DNA of 35,984 bases from Octopus bimaculoides. Lineage: Eukaryota. Both the position numbers and the translations under genes were made by a program. The stretch lies in NCBI RefSeq assembly GCF_001194135.2, contig NC_068988.1:74937838-74973821 (forward strand). The letters are read 5' to 3'. This document shows positions 12,109-22,978 of this stretch, piece after piece. The first letter of the stretch is position 1, and every line of letters starts with the position of its first letter. Below the pieces are notes generated by a model. That model made no database searches and had not been told where the DNA came from. It saw nothing but the letters and a program-made list of their open reading frames with translations.

Positions 12109-13268
12109 GACTAAGAACTGATCCCTGGTGAATTCCAATTTGTACACTAAATTTATCACTGTATTTAAGGCCGACTCTCATCTTACTGACAGCACCGCTG
12201 TACATGGCTTGTATAGCTCTGACAAGCCATTCCTCTACTCCTAGCTTCCTTAGAAAGCACCAGATAAAAGAGCAGAGAACCCTGTCAAAAGCTTTCTCCA
12301 GGCTGACAAAAGCTAAGTACAATGGTTTACTTTTGGCGAAATACTTTTCTTGCAACTATCTCACCAGGAAGATGGCATCTGTGGTACTTCTTCTAGGAAG
12401 AAAACCAAACAGAATCTCATCTTAATTCTATTCTTAATCAATTGAGCTATAACTCTCTCTGTAATTTTCATGACCTAGTCCAGCAGCTTAGTATCTCTGT
12501 AGTTGTTTCTATCTAAGGTATCACCTTTACCTTTGTAGCAGCTTACTATAATACTACTACACCAGTCATTGGGGATGACACTTTCCTGAATAACCTGATT
12601 AACTATTTGAAATACTAGGCTGTATCCCACACTGCACACTGCTGGATATTTTAATCATCTTGTCAGTGACACCCAATAGTCCAGGGTCTTTCCCAGCCTT
12701 CATATCCTTGATTGCCTTATCTATTATACTGCTACCAACTCTGATGGCTGGTCCCTCAATTAGTTTGATATTTGAAAGACTCTCCTTCTCCCAATCATTC
12801 TCCACATTTAATAACTTTTCATAATGGCATCGCCATGCATTATTCTTCTCTGAGTCACTAAGTGCAAGCATACCATTATCCATTCGCATACATTTCTCAC
12901 CCACCACATCTCTATTCTCTCTGATACACTGCTTCGCAATCCCAAACAAACTCACATATCTGATCCTCACACTGTAGAACACTGGCATACCTCTTACCTT
13001 CTGCTATTCCTTTTGCTATGTAAACCTGTCGCCTAGCCTCCCTTCTGGCTACCTGATATAGTACTCTGCTTCCACCATTTTTCCAGTCTTTCCAGACCTG
13101 TCTCTTTGCTTTTATAGCATTGTCCACCCCCTTCCACCACCATGTCATCCTTGGCCTGGCTGGGACTTTGCATTTGTGAGCATCTGCCTATCTCACTGCC
13201 TGGTGAGGAGGTAATTGATCTGGCTTATGTGCTCATCAGACTGATAAGTGATTAGGTGGTTGATTGGT
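12104..13268 (-). pseudogene. RTE fragment A (end of APE to mid-RT), opposite orientation to fragment B
   Basis: WWWKGVDNAIKAK, ENRDVVGEK, AFVSLEKAFDRV, GIHQGSVLSPL; internal deletion near 13170. Confidence 0.9.
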
Positions 13269-13354
13269 ACTCTGAGTCATCACTGAAAATTATATGTGAT
13301 AGATATAAATGTCAAGTAAATCGTTTAAACCATTGACACTACTTATATATATCT

Positions 13355-13625
13355 CTTCATAACAGCCACCCTAATCAAGAATCCTGAAAAGAGAACAAGA
13401 ATCCTGAAAAACTTGCTTGACCTGGAGAACTTTTTAAACTTCAGGAAAGAAGTATTTAGTCAATGCGTTCATCTGAGATGTTTCCTGTTACAAGCTTGTA
13501 ATTCTCCATTCATCAAACAGGACCATGACAGCAGCTTCAAGTATCACCACATTTGGAACTGATGAAAGGAAGATAATCCCATCCTGCCTGAAACACCACC
13601 TGCATGGTCATTCCAGATGTATATT
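13355..13625 (+). mobile_element. Penelope-like element remnant 1 (putative ORF C-terminus plus hammerhead-bearing 3' region)
   Basis: Plus-strand frame ...LENFLNFRKEVFSQCVHLRCFLL resembles the PLE GIY-YIG C-terminal LNKRSE..SKCRH..KF motif (recalled), followed by a hammerhead motif. Boundaries uncertain. Confidence 0.5.
13549..13620 (+). ncRNA. decayed type I hammerhead ribozyme (HHR-1)
   Basis: Stem I ACAUUUGGAA/UUCCAGAUGU (10 bp, one G-U), CUGAUGA 13559-13565, degenerate stem II, GAAAC 13590-13594, GUC 13607-13609. Confidence 0.65.
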
Positions 13626-13923
13626 TTTTTGATTACAAATGTAACTGACCATAACGTTTTCCTTCTTTCAGTTGTCGAGAGATTATGTGCCTACAGCTAT
13701 TTGAGTCTGATGTGTTTCTTATATATATGGCTAAGTGCTTTATAGGTGTGAAACCAATGTTCACTCTCTGATCAGCCATAATAATCAACTTCCTAAAAAA
13801 AAAAATATTACTCCTCTAATACTTTAGAGTGTGCATCTTTTTTGGATATATGAACAACTGATGATATATATATATATATATAGTTAATGAAAGACAGAAT
13901 ATGCAAGATATGAGTTTTTATTA

Positions 13924-14027
13924 ATCACTACAAGTGTTTCAACACATCTAGCATTGATCCTTCACAGGTGGGATACTTAACTGGTTCAGGAGCATCCAAT
14001 GGTGCAGATGTGTCTCTTCGGGGGATA
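13924..14027 (-). ncRNA. decayed type I hammerhead ribozyme (HHR-2', inverted copy)
   Basis: Minus strand: CCGAAGA (mutated CUGAAGA), stem II GACACATCT-GCA/TGC-T-AGATGTGTT, intact GAAAC, ACTTGT, GTA, GTGAT. Confidence 0.65.
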
Positions 14028-14160
14028 AACAGATACAACTCATTAAAATAACAGTTCCACAATGTATCTTCTCAGTTCTTGTGAAGAAAAGCAGCAAATT
14101 AAAGGATATAGCTTCATTTATATAGAAGATCAATAATAAAATAACAAATGTTTCAAGAAA

Positions 14161-14407
14161 ATCAATAAGAGACATTCAACATCTTTGGCTGATTTTGTGT
14201 GGTGACTTAAAGAAGATAAAATTAAATATAACTTAACTTGGTCCATAGTCAAGCACGCAAAACCATATAATATCTTTTCCATGCGATGCTGACTCTGCTC
14301 TGAAGACCAACGAGAAGATCATTAATAGAATTTCTGAAAGACTCTCAAGATGCTTACATGCATATAAAAGCACTTTCGCACAATGCAGTGGGAATGAATT
14401 TGAGTAA
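14161..14407 (+). pseudogene. Penelope GIY-YIG endonuclease C-terminal fragment
   Basis: STSLADFVW*LKEDKIKYNLTWSIVKHAKPYNIFSMRC*LC, frameshift, then EKIINRISERLSRCLHAYK...FE*. Both internal TGA stops fit CGA>TGA decay. Confidence 0.75.
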
Positions 14408-14755
14408 CTGTTAACGCAATCCATCTTAAGGTATGGAGGAATTAAATTTAGCTTTAACCTCCCCATTCTTATAAACACCAAGTAGCTATTTAACTTGCTA
14501 TGTGAACGTATGGGCACTGAACCACATGAGCGAGTGTATATACCTCATACATGCTACACGAGGGCATCTATACATCCATATCTGTTAATGGTTATATTTG
14601 ATACTTTTTCACTGTATTGTGTTGCTTTTTTTTTTGCATCTGTTATTTTATTATTGACACTCTATATAAATGAAGATATCCTTTAATTTGCTGCTTTTCT
14701 TCAAAAGAAGTGAGAAGATACACAGCAGAGCTGTTATATTAATGAGTTTATCTGT

Positions 14756-14856
14756 TTATCACCTGAAGAGACACATTTGCACTGTCGGATGCTTCTGAAC
14801 CAGTTAAGTATCCCACCCATGAGGGAACAATGCTAGATGTATTGAGACAATTGTAA
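14756..14856 (+). ncRNA. decayed type I hammerhead ribozyme (HHR-2, sense copy), stem I interrupted by a Helitron
   Basis: ATCAC, CTGAAGA (14763-14769), stem II GACACAT../..ATGTATT, GAGAC (mutated GAAAC), palindromic ACAATTGT, GTA (14853-14855). Confidence 0.65.
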
Positions 14857-15266
14857 TCTATATGTATAAAGCAAAGGATGTGTGTGTGTGTGTGTGTGGT
14901 GGTGGTGGGTGTCTGTGTGTGTAATATGTATGCATTTCTACAGCTTTCGACTGATTTTCACCAAACATTATACACACTTTACTTATGTGCCAAGGATGGT
15001 CATGCAGTATAACATTTTGCCCAGAGCTCCTGCGTAAAGTGAGAAGCAGTAAAAAAAAGGTATTTCACATGGGTTTTTCTCTAACAACTGCAATATTCAA
15101 CCGATTCTCTCACTTTGACTTCTATAGTTTCCATCTGACTGTCTCCCTTTTCTTTCTCTCACTCTCTCACTGTTTATTTATCTCTTCTCTTTCCTTTTTC
15201 AATCTCAATATCTGTCACTGTTCATCTCTTTAATTCTATGCTTATTTCTTTCACTCACTCACACTC

Positions 15267-15311
<45 letters not shown>

Positions 15312-15899
15312 AACTGGCACTCTACAACTTCTGTCTACAAATTGACTTCTGTGTATTTCAAATAGTCTTGATTTAAAATCTCTTTCGTTACGGCTTTTGT
15401 GCATTCTCACTGACAAATAAATTAGTTATTTTTCAAATTTGTTTATCCAGCGTGTTTAAATTCAGTTTTGCCACATCTGCCTGAAAATAGACTTCAGTTT
15501 ATATTCAGTTTTGCAAAAACTGCCTGAAAACTGACTTCAGTGTATTTCAATTTTGCTGTGTATCAATATCTTTGTCTTCACTCTCATGTTTTGACCGATT
15601 CTCTCCCTTCGACTTCTGCAGTTTTCATCCAATTCTCTCCCTCTTCTCTCACTGTTTATTCATCTCTTCTCTTTCCTTTTCTCCACTCTCACCATCTGTC
15701 ACTGTTCCTCTCTTTAATTCTGTGTCTGTTTCTTTCATTCACTCTTCCTCTCTGTCTCCCTATCTCAAATGACCTCTTTTGGGGCAAATATTGTCAGAGA
15801 GGGTGGATTTATATCCACTTTCAAAGTGCAGGGACAGGTGTATCATAGGATTAGATCACTCCAGCCTCTGAAAAATGAAGAGCCTTGATTTCTCCAGCT

Positions 15900-17303
15900 G
15901 TACTTTGTTGCAAACTACTGTGAGCAAGCTGGAAGGAGAAACTCCATTTCATCTGGTACTGACATGGAGCTCATTCTGCAACTTTAGGATATGATGCATT
16001 CTAGAAACAGCTGTCCAAAGCTTCAGGTATGCTTTGGAAACAGAAGCTATGCCAAATTTCACAGCTGTACTAAATGCTGACCAAAGACCATCTGGGGAGC
16101 ATATAGGCTGCTATAATGCACCAACATGCAATGAGATTGCTGTTGTCCTCCATGGTGACCAGTACAAGAGCAAAGACATTGTTCTCAAGCGTCGAGACAA
16201 CACACTACAAAGGATCAGTGAAATACATAGACCCTGCGATGCACTTCAGTATCCCCTTCTCTTTGTAAATGGTGAGAATGGTTACCATTTTGGCATTCCA
16301 AAGCGTAGCACCAACAATGCTGGGGAGCAAATCAACAAAACAGTTTCATGTATGGACTTTTACACATACCACTTTATGACACGCAAGAACTGCTTGAACC
16401 ACCTACACCGGTCACAAGAACTCTACCACCAATTTGCAGTTGATATGAGTATAAAAATGGAGTCTGAGAGATTGAGATTCATCAGATTAAATCAGAAAAA
16501 GCTATGCTGTGACAGCTACATCTACCTTTGAGATGGCATCAACAATGATGCAGCTCCCGGAAGCATTAGACAAGTTTGCATCCTTCCAGCTACTTTTACA
16601 GTAAATGCATGAGAGGACCCAGGATGCAATGACATATGTGTGGCATTATGGGAGGCCTGATCTATTTATCCCCTTCACATGCAATCCTAAGTGGCAGGAG
16701 ATCAATAGTGAACTCTTTGTGTGTCAAAAACACAATCACAGGCATGACCTCATGGCCAGAGCTTTTTGATTAAAGTTGATTAAACTGATGGACCCCATCA
16801 CAAAAGGTTAGGTGTTTGGACATGTAAAATGTGACATGTACACTGTGGAATGGCAAAAAAGATGCCTACTTCATGCTCATATCCTGATTTGGTTGTCAAC
16901 CAAGATCAACTCCAATGACATCAATATTATCTCTGCCAAGCTACCAGATCCATCCACCGATAGGGAACTGTATGCCATGGTGAAGTCAAACATGGTGCAT
17001 GGCTTCAACTTACACTTATCCTGTCTAAAGGACAATGTGTGCACCAAAAACTTTCCCCGACATTTTCTTCAGGAAACCGAGACTGGTCATGATGGGTATC
17101 CATCATACAGGTGAAGAAAACCTGAAGATGGAGGATTTACTGCTAGGGTTGGACAGCACAAAGTTGATAACAGATGGATGTCGTCTACTGTCCTCTCCTA
17201 CTTGGGACATTCAACACATCAATTTTTGGAGCTCTGTTAAATCCATTAAATACATATGTAAGTATGTCAACAAGGGTTCTGATGCTGCCATGTTTGGCTT
17301 TTA
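15900..17303 (+). pseudogene. Helitron Rep (HUH) domain pseudogene
   Basis: DALQYPLLF, PDLFIPFTCNPKW (motif 1), VEWQKRCLLHAHIL (motif 2, HUH), GYPSYR (motif 3), IKYICKYVNKGSD. Confidence 0.92.
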
Positions 17304-17319
17304 GAAAGAAAACAGTTTG

Positions 17320-18000
17320 AATCATCTTTAGTACTGCTGATGATTTCAAATCCGTTGTGCTTCCCGATCTGAAGGAAAATTACAAAACTCTCACTTGGCT
17401 GTGCGAAAGGGCAATACTTGCTCCAAAAACTAACTTTGTCAATAATATCAATGAGCAGCTGCTGCAGTGCCTCCCTGGAACTTCACAAATCATCAAATCA
17501 GTTGATACAACACCAAATCACGATGAGGTAGTTCACTCTCCCAGAGAATTCCTCAATTCACTGGAACCTCCAGGTCTTCCTCCCCACAGATTGGGACTGA
17601 AAGTGGACACTCCAATAAAGCTGCTGAGGAATTTGGATCCTCCCAGACTGTGCAATGGGACATGACTAGTGGTGAAGAAGATGATGCCACGTGTTCTTGT
17701 GGTGACCATTCTGTCCAGATGTGGATAGGGAGAGGATGTTTTCATACCAAGTATCCCCATTATCCCATCGGGAGTGGAAATTCCCTTTACTTTCAGATGG
17801 TTGCAAGTTCCTGTCTGTGTAAGTTTTGAGATGCCAATCAACAAATCGCAGGGACAAGGACTCTCTGTGGCAGGACTTCACCTGGAAGAGTTGTGTTTCT
17901 CACACAGGCAATTGTACGTTGGCTGCTCCAGAGTGGGGACCACAAACAATCTATTCACATTTGCCCTGCAAGGTAAAACAAAAAATATTGTCTACAGAGA
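17320..18000 (+). pseudogene. Helitron Pif1-like helicase C-terminal fragment
   Basis: RAILAPKTN, GLPPHRLGLKVDTPIKLLRNLDPPRLCNGT, PINKSQGQ, QLYVGCSRV. Confidence 0.92.
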
Positions 18001-19164
18001 GGTTCTGTATGCTTTCTATGTACCTACCTCCATGTATCTTTTAGACTACTTGCTCCAATTAGCTCACAATTTGTGTAAATGTCAAAAAGAATCTGCTATG
18101 AAGAAAGGCTGGTCACGATGTTGATTGACATCCTGGCAGTTGCCTTGGGAGAGTTTACTCAGCCCATCCCAGTGAACAGGAGTGCTTCCAAGATCTGAAA
18201 ACTTTTGATGGAAAGGTATGTGGAACATAGCGGAAGGTCTGTTTCAAGCATGGCTTGCTAGAAGATGGAGCACAGTGGGATGCAACACTGGCAACCTTGG
18301 GAGAGTTTACGTAGTCCATCACAGTCAACAGCAATGTTTCTACCTTAGTCTTTTACTGCACGAGGTCAGAGGATCAACATGTTTCCATGAACTGAAAACA
18401 TTTGATGGTGAGGTATGTGGAACATACTGGGAGGCCTGCTTCAAGCACAGTTTGTTAGAAGATAGGGCATGTGTCATGCAACACTGGCAGAGACCACTGC
18501 ATCAAAGTCCCCCAAAAGTTTCAGGGCATTCTTTCAGGTGGTTGCAATTTCCTGTTCATGTAAGTTTTGTGATGCCCAGCAACAAATCACAAGGGCAAAC
18601 ACTCTCTGTGGCAGGACTTCACCTGGAGGACTTGTTAGCAGCTCTGTCAAAATTGGTAAGTTTCTACAGTTTTGTATGTTCTTACTGAAAAATTGACTGT
18701 ATTGTACATTTCAGAGATTTAAAATTCCAATATTTTTCCTTTCTCATATGGATTTTCATTGATTTCAATTCATTACGCACTCATATATTTCAATTTTTTT
18801 CTCAGAAAACTGGTATTTTTCTCTATTTTTCTGGCTGTGACATATTTCCAAAACATTTTATAGGTTTTTGTAATTTTTGCTACATTTTGTCATGGAATTA
18901 TGTATGTTTTTCAAAGAAGCTTTGGCAGCACTGGTTGTTAGACTAGAAAATAAGTGTTCTTATAATGACAAAGCGTTCAAACCCTGAGCAACGCCGGGTA
19001 GTTCTGCTAGTAATTAATAAAAACTCTCATATCTTCCATCTTCTGTTTCTCATTAACCAGATACATAACGAACACTGTGAAAGTAACTATACATTACCAG
19101 TAAGCTACCAGGTATAAACCTTTCGTTTTATTATCTAATATCTAATAATATATATATGTATATA

Positions 19165-20804
19165 CACTACCAGCCAAAAGTTCGGGACCACCCTGAAATT
19201 TTTCACTATGTTCATAAAATTACCGTGTTTGGAGAAGTAAATTAGCCTAATCTATATTATTGCAAACCCTTATGCAAATTTCAAACAAATTTCTATATAA
19301 GTATTAAAAGTTTATCTTGTATAAGCAGTGGACATTGCTCTATATAGAAACATTGATCCTTTTGCTGAAAATGCTATAGCATTCAAGGCCATGTAACTTG
19401 AACCTGGCAGTTTGAATTTGCATCTGTGAATTTAAATAGAAAAGGAAAGTATTTTTCTAAACTCTAGAATAAACATTAACCCGGTTTTCTTCTTTAATTT
19501 TCAGGTTGTGATTCAATTTCTGCTGATACAGTAACTCATACAGTATTCATTAAGATCTAATAATTTTAATTTATTCTTGTAAACCTTAGTTCTAAAAATG
19601 GCAAGAACCAAACGGATTAATATTTAAAAAAGGAGCTCAAGTTGAAATTCTTTCAAAAGAAGGGTATCCTGAACATCATATTGCTAGAAAAATAGAACTA
19701 TCAAAAAATGGTGTGCATATCATTGTCTTAAATGACTTGGTGAAACTGGCTCAAATCTTGACAGAAAAAGTTCTGGTAGGCCCAGAATAATATCTACGGC
19801 AGAGGTTAGGCACTTGATCCTGCCCAGGAAAAGGAATAGAAGAAAAAGAGGTCCAGAATTAACTATTGAATTGAATTCTACATGACAACATCCAGTATCT
19901 CTTACTACTGTTAAGAGAAGACTTCTTTCTGCTGGGCTTAAAAGCTGTGTGGCAGTTAAGAAACCACTGTTAAGGAAGGCAAATAAGTTGAAACGACTAC
20001 ACTGGGCAGAAAAGCACAAGAATTGGACATTAGAAGATTGGAAAAAAGTGTTATGGACTGACAAGTCTAAATTCAAACTTTTTGGAAACAAGCAAAGAGT
20101 GTCAGATGAACACCTTTTGAATGAATGAATGAAAGTTGCATTTTTCCAACTGTTAAGCATGTTGGTAGATCTGTGATGATTTGGGGATGCTTTGGAGGTG
20201 AGATTGCTGGAGACCTTATTAAAATTAAAGGCATAATGCAAAAGGAAGAATACTGCAAAGGCATGCAATTCCCTCTGGTTGTCGCATTACTGCACAGAAT
20301 TTTGTTTTTCAATAGGACAATGATCAAAAACACAGCTCTAAATTATGCAGAGATTATTTAAAATTAAAAGAAGATAAGGGAATTTTGCAAATTATGATTT
20401 GGCCCCCTCAGTCTCCAGATCTTTTGCCAATTGAACTAGTCTAGGATGAAATTGATTGTAAAGTTCAAAATGATATGCCTAAGAATGAGCAAGAGTTGTT
20501 TAAAGGTTTACAGACTGCTTGGAAATCACTTCCACCGACATACTTTTATAAGTTACTAGAAAGAAGGCCAAGAATCTGCTCTGCAGTAATAGAAGCTCAT
20601 GTTGGTTTCTTCGATGAAAATAAAATATGAATTTTCTTTAATTAAATCTGCAATTCTGCTATGTTAATTTTGGATTAAATTATTGTATAATTGTATGCAA
20701 AGATAGAAAAAAAATAAAATTATTTCTTCAAAGACATAAAACTTGTTATTTTCCTTGCTTTAGAGGAAAATTTCAGAGTGGTCCCAAACTTTTGGACGGT
20801 AGTG
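19165..20804 (+). mobile_element. Tc1 (DD34E-type) transposon, 1640 bp, decayed
   Basis: 36-bp TIRs CACTACCAGCCAAAAGTTCGGGACCACCCTGAAATT and the right-hand copy (32/36 identical); TA on both sides. Confidence 0.93.
19598..20630 (+). pseudogene. Tc1 transposase pseudogene
   Basis: MARTKRI..HTH, VLWTDKSKF, TVKHVGRSVMIWGCF, Q*DNDQKH, WPPQSPDLLPIE; stops and a deletion. Confidence 0.92.
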
Positions 20805-20840
20805 TATATATATGTGTGTGTGTGTTTATATATATATATT

Positions 20841-20874
<34 letters not shown>

Positions 20875-20913
20875 NNNNNNNNNNCACACACACACACACG
20901 CACATACATACAT

Positions 20914-21180
20914 TGTGAAGATGTATGGCTTAGTGTTTAGGGTATTTGACTCACGATTGTAAGTTTGTGAGTCCAATTCCTGGTGGCATGTTGTGTCCTT
21001 AAGAAAGACTTTATTTCATGCTGCTTTAGTCCACTCAGCTGGTAAACATGTTGTACATGTAATTCAAAGGCCAGCCTTGTCACATTCTGTGTTATGCTGA
21101 ATCTCCCTGAGAACTATGTTAAGGGTACACATATTTGTGGAGTGATCAGTTACTTGCATGGTAATTTCATTTAACCAGCA
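20914..21180 (+). mobile_element. tRNA-derived SINE (family C), diverged
   Basis: A box TGGCTTAGTGTTTAG, B box GAGTCCAATTCC, then a CORE-like TGTGTCCTTAAGAAAGACTTTATTTCA. Confidence 0.75.
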
Positions 21181-21284
21181 CTTCATGTGGAGTTTTAATT
21201 ACTAGCGATATATCTGATTGACCAGTCTATGACTTTCACTTCCTGTAATTCTTTATATGTGTGCATGTATCTATGTATGTGTAT

Positions 21285-21388
21285 AAATTTAAGTTAAGCA
21301 GAAAATGGAGAAACCTTGATCAACAGCAATTGGCTAACATCAATTATTGTTGATCAAAATTTCTCCATTTTTTGCTTAATTTAAATTT
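21285..21388. repeat. 104-bp imperfect palindrome (48-bp arms, 8-nt spacer)
   Basis: 21285-21332 vs 21341-21388, 42/48 complementary. Confidence 0.85.
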
Positions 21389-22523
21389 GATTCCTGATAA
21401 ACTCATGTTTATCTTTGTCATTGCCTGTATGCTATGAGCATAATATGCTTGCACGTGTATGCCCAGGGTTAACATAAGTAATTATACCAGTAGTAAAATG
21501 AATATTTTTATCCCTTAGACGGTTCTTCCAACCTCTAACTCTACTAACCTATGTACGTATATATTTATATTTATTTGTACATCATTCAACCAAGGTAGTT
21601 GTTGAATAATATTCTTAAGGCCACAATTTACTCACATGCAGCATCTTCAGAGCTTTGTCACTAATTCTGTTCTTAACTGTTAACATTTTTGAAGAGGACT
21701 GGCCCCTCGCTACATTTTGGCATAAAATAAATTGAGATTTGGTCCAGTAGAAAAAAGTTTACTTCAAACTTTGTAGCAATGTTATGGGAGAGTAATAACT
21801 TTTTTTTATTTTAGAAGCAAAATATATTTATCTTAGCTTCAATGATAGAAGAAAGCATGAAGAATTTTATAGTTTTGATTCTATGCAACAAAAATTTGTA
21901 TCAAAAAAGTTGTGAGGTAAAATATTATAAAAGAATATAAGGCAAAAAAATTGGATTAAAGTATAATTAACTTTTATATTTTAAAAACAAACTATATTTT
22001 AATTAAGCTTAAATGATAGAGCTCAATTCGAGGGATCTCATGCAATGAAGTTTTAAAAGAAAAAAGTTATGAGTGTTTGTTTCCCAAATTTGAGGGTGAT
22101 AATATAGTTCTACACTTTTTTATGAACATAGTTGTATAAGGGGACTTTTAATATATGTCACCGGCATCATTGAGGTAAGGAAAAAATTATCACTGACACC
22201 ACTAATATGTCATCTGTATCAATTAATGCAATTATATCATAAAAAAAAAAAAAAAAATTAAGATACTATTTAGAAACTTTGGCAATAGCCTAGCCATTTT
22301 GGCAATCTTTCATTTTAATTCAAAGGTGTTCAGTAAATTCTGTAAACAATTTTTATTTAGTTATTTTTGTGAGTGGAAATGTACATTTTGTTTGAAGTCG
22401 GCACAAAGTGAAAAATGAGAAGAAATGAACATGGACGTGTGTATGTGTTGATGGGGGAGTGAGACAGAAAGTGTGTGTTGTGTGTGTATGTGAGAGAGAG
22501 AGAGAGAGAGACAGTGTACATAT

Positions 22524-22914
22524 ACTCTTTTACTTGTTTCAGTCATTTGACTGTGGCCATGCTAGAGCACCGCCTTTAGTCGAGAAAATCGACCCCAGGA
22601 CTTATTCTTTGTAAGCCTAGTACTTATTCTATCGGTCTCTTTTTGCCGAACCGCTAAGTTACGGGGACATAAACACACCAGTATCGGTTGTCAAGCGATG
22701 GTGGGGGGGGGGACAAACACAGACACACACACACATATATACACACACATATACGACGGGCTTCTTTCAGTTTCCGTATACGAAATCCACTCACAAGGCT
22801 TTGGTCGGCCCAAGGCTATAGTAGAAGACACTTGCCCAAGGTGCCACGCAGTGGGACTAAACCCAGAACCATGTGGTTGGTAAGCAAGCTATTTACCACA
22901 CAGCCACTCCTCAC
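22524..22914 (-). mobile_element. SINE family A, full-length dimer
   Basis: Both monomers and the internal microsatellite are present; most CpGs are retained. Confidence 0.95.
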
Positions 22915-22944
22915 ATCTGAGAGAGAGAGAGAAGGTGTATGTTG

Positions 22945-22978
<34 letters not shown>

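Larger units (their letters stand above)
13883..14856 (+). mobile_element. Penelope-like element remnant 2: inverted terminal-repeat copy, GIY-YIG C-terminus, 3' repeat (continues at 19011-19057)
   Basis: ~268-bp inverted repeats (13883-14150 vs 14637-14856 plus 19011-19057) flank a PLE-type peptide; a hammerhead core lies in the repeat. Confidence 0.78.
14857..19010 (+). mobile_element. Helitron derived from an autonomous element, internally deleted and rearranged
   Basis: A|TCTATATGTATAAAG at 14857; subterminal hairpin ACCC..GGGT then GTTCTGCTAG|T at 19010. The flanks rejoin into one inverted-repeat arm with no TSD. Confidence 0.92.

Noticed and set aside
11315-13268. Twin-priming origin for the inverted RTE
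   Set aside because: Twin priming gives a 5'-to-5' internal junction and keeps the tail; here the junction is 3'-to-3' and no tail is visible.
21815-21916. Candidate 102-nt exon with AG/GT ends (KQNIFILASMIEESMK...)
   Set aside because: No recognisable protein and no compatible partner exon. It partly resembles 22005-22073, which suggests repeat origin.
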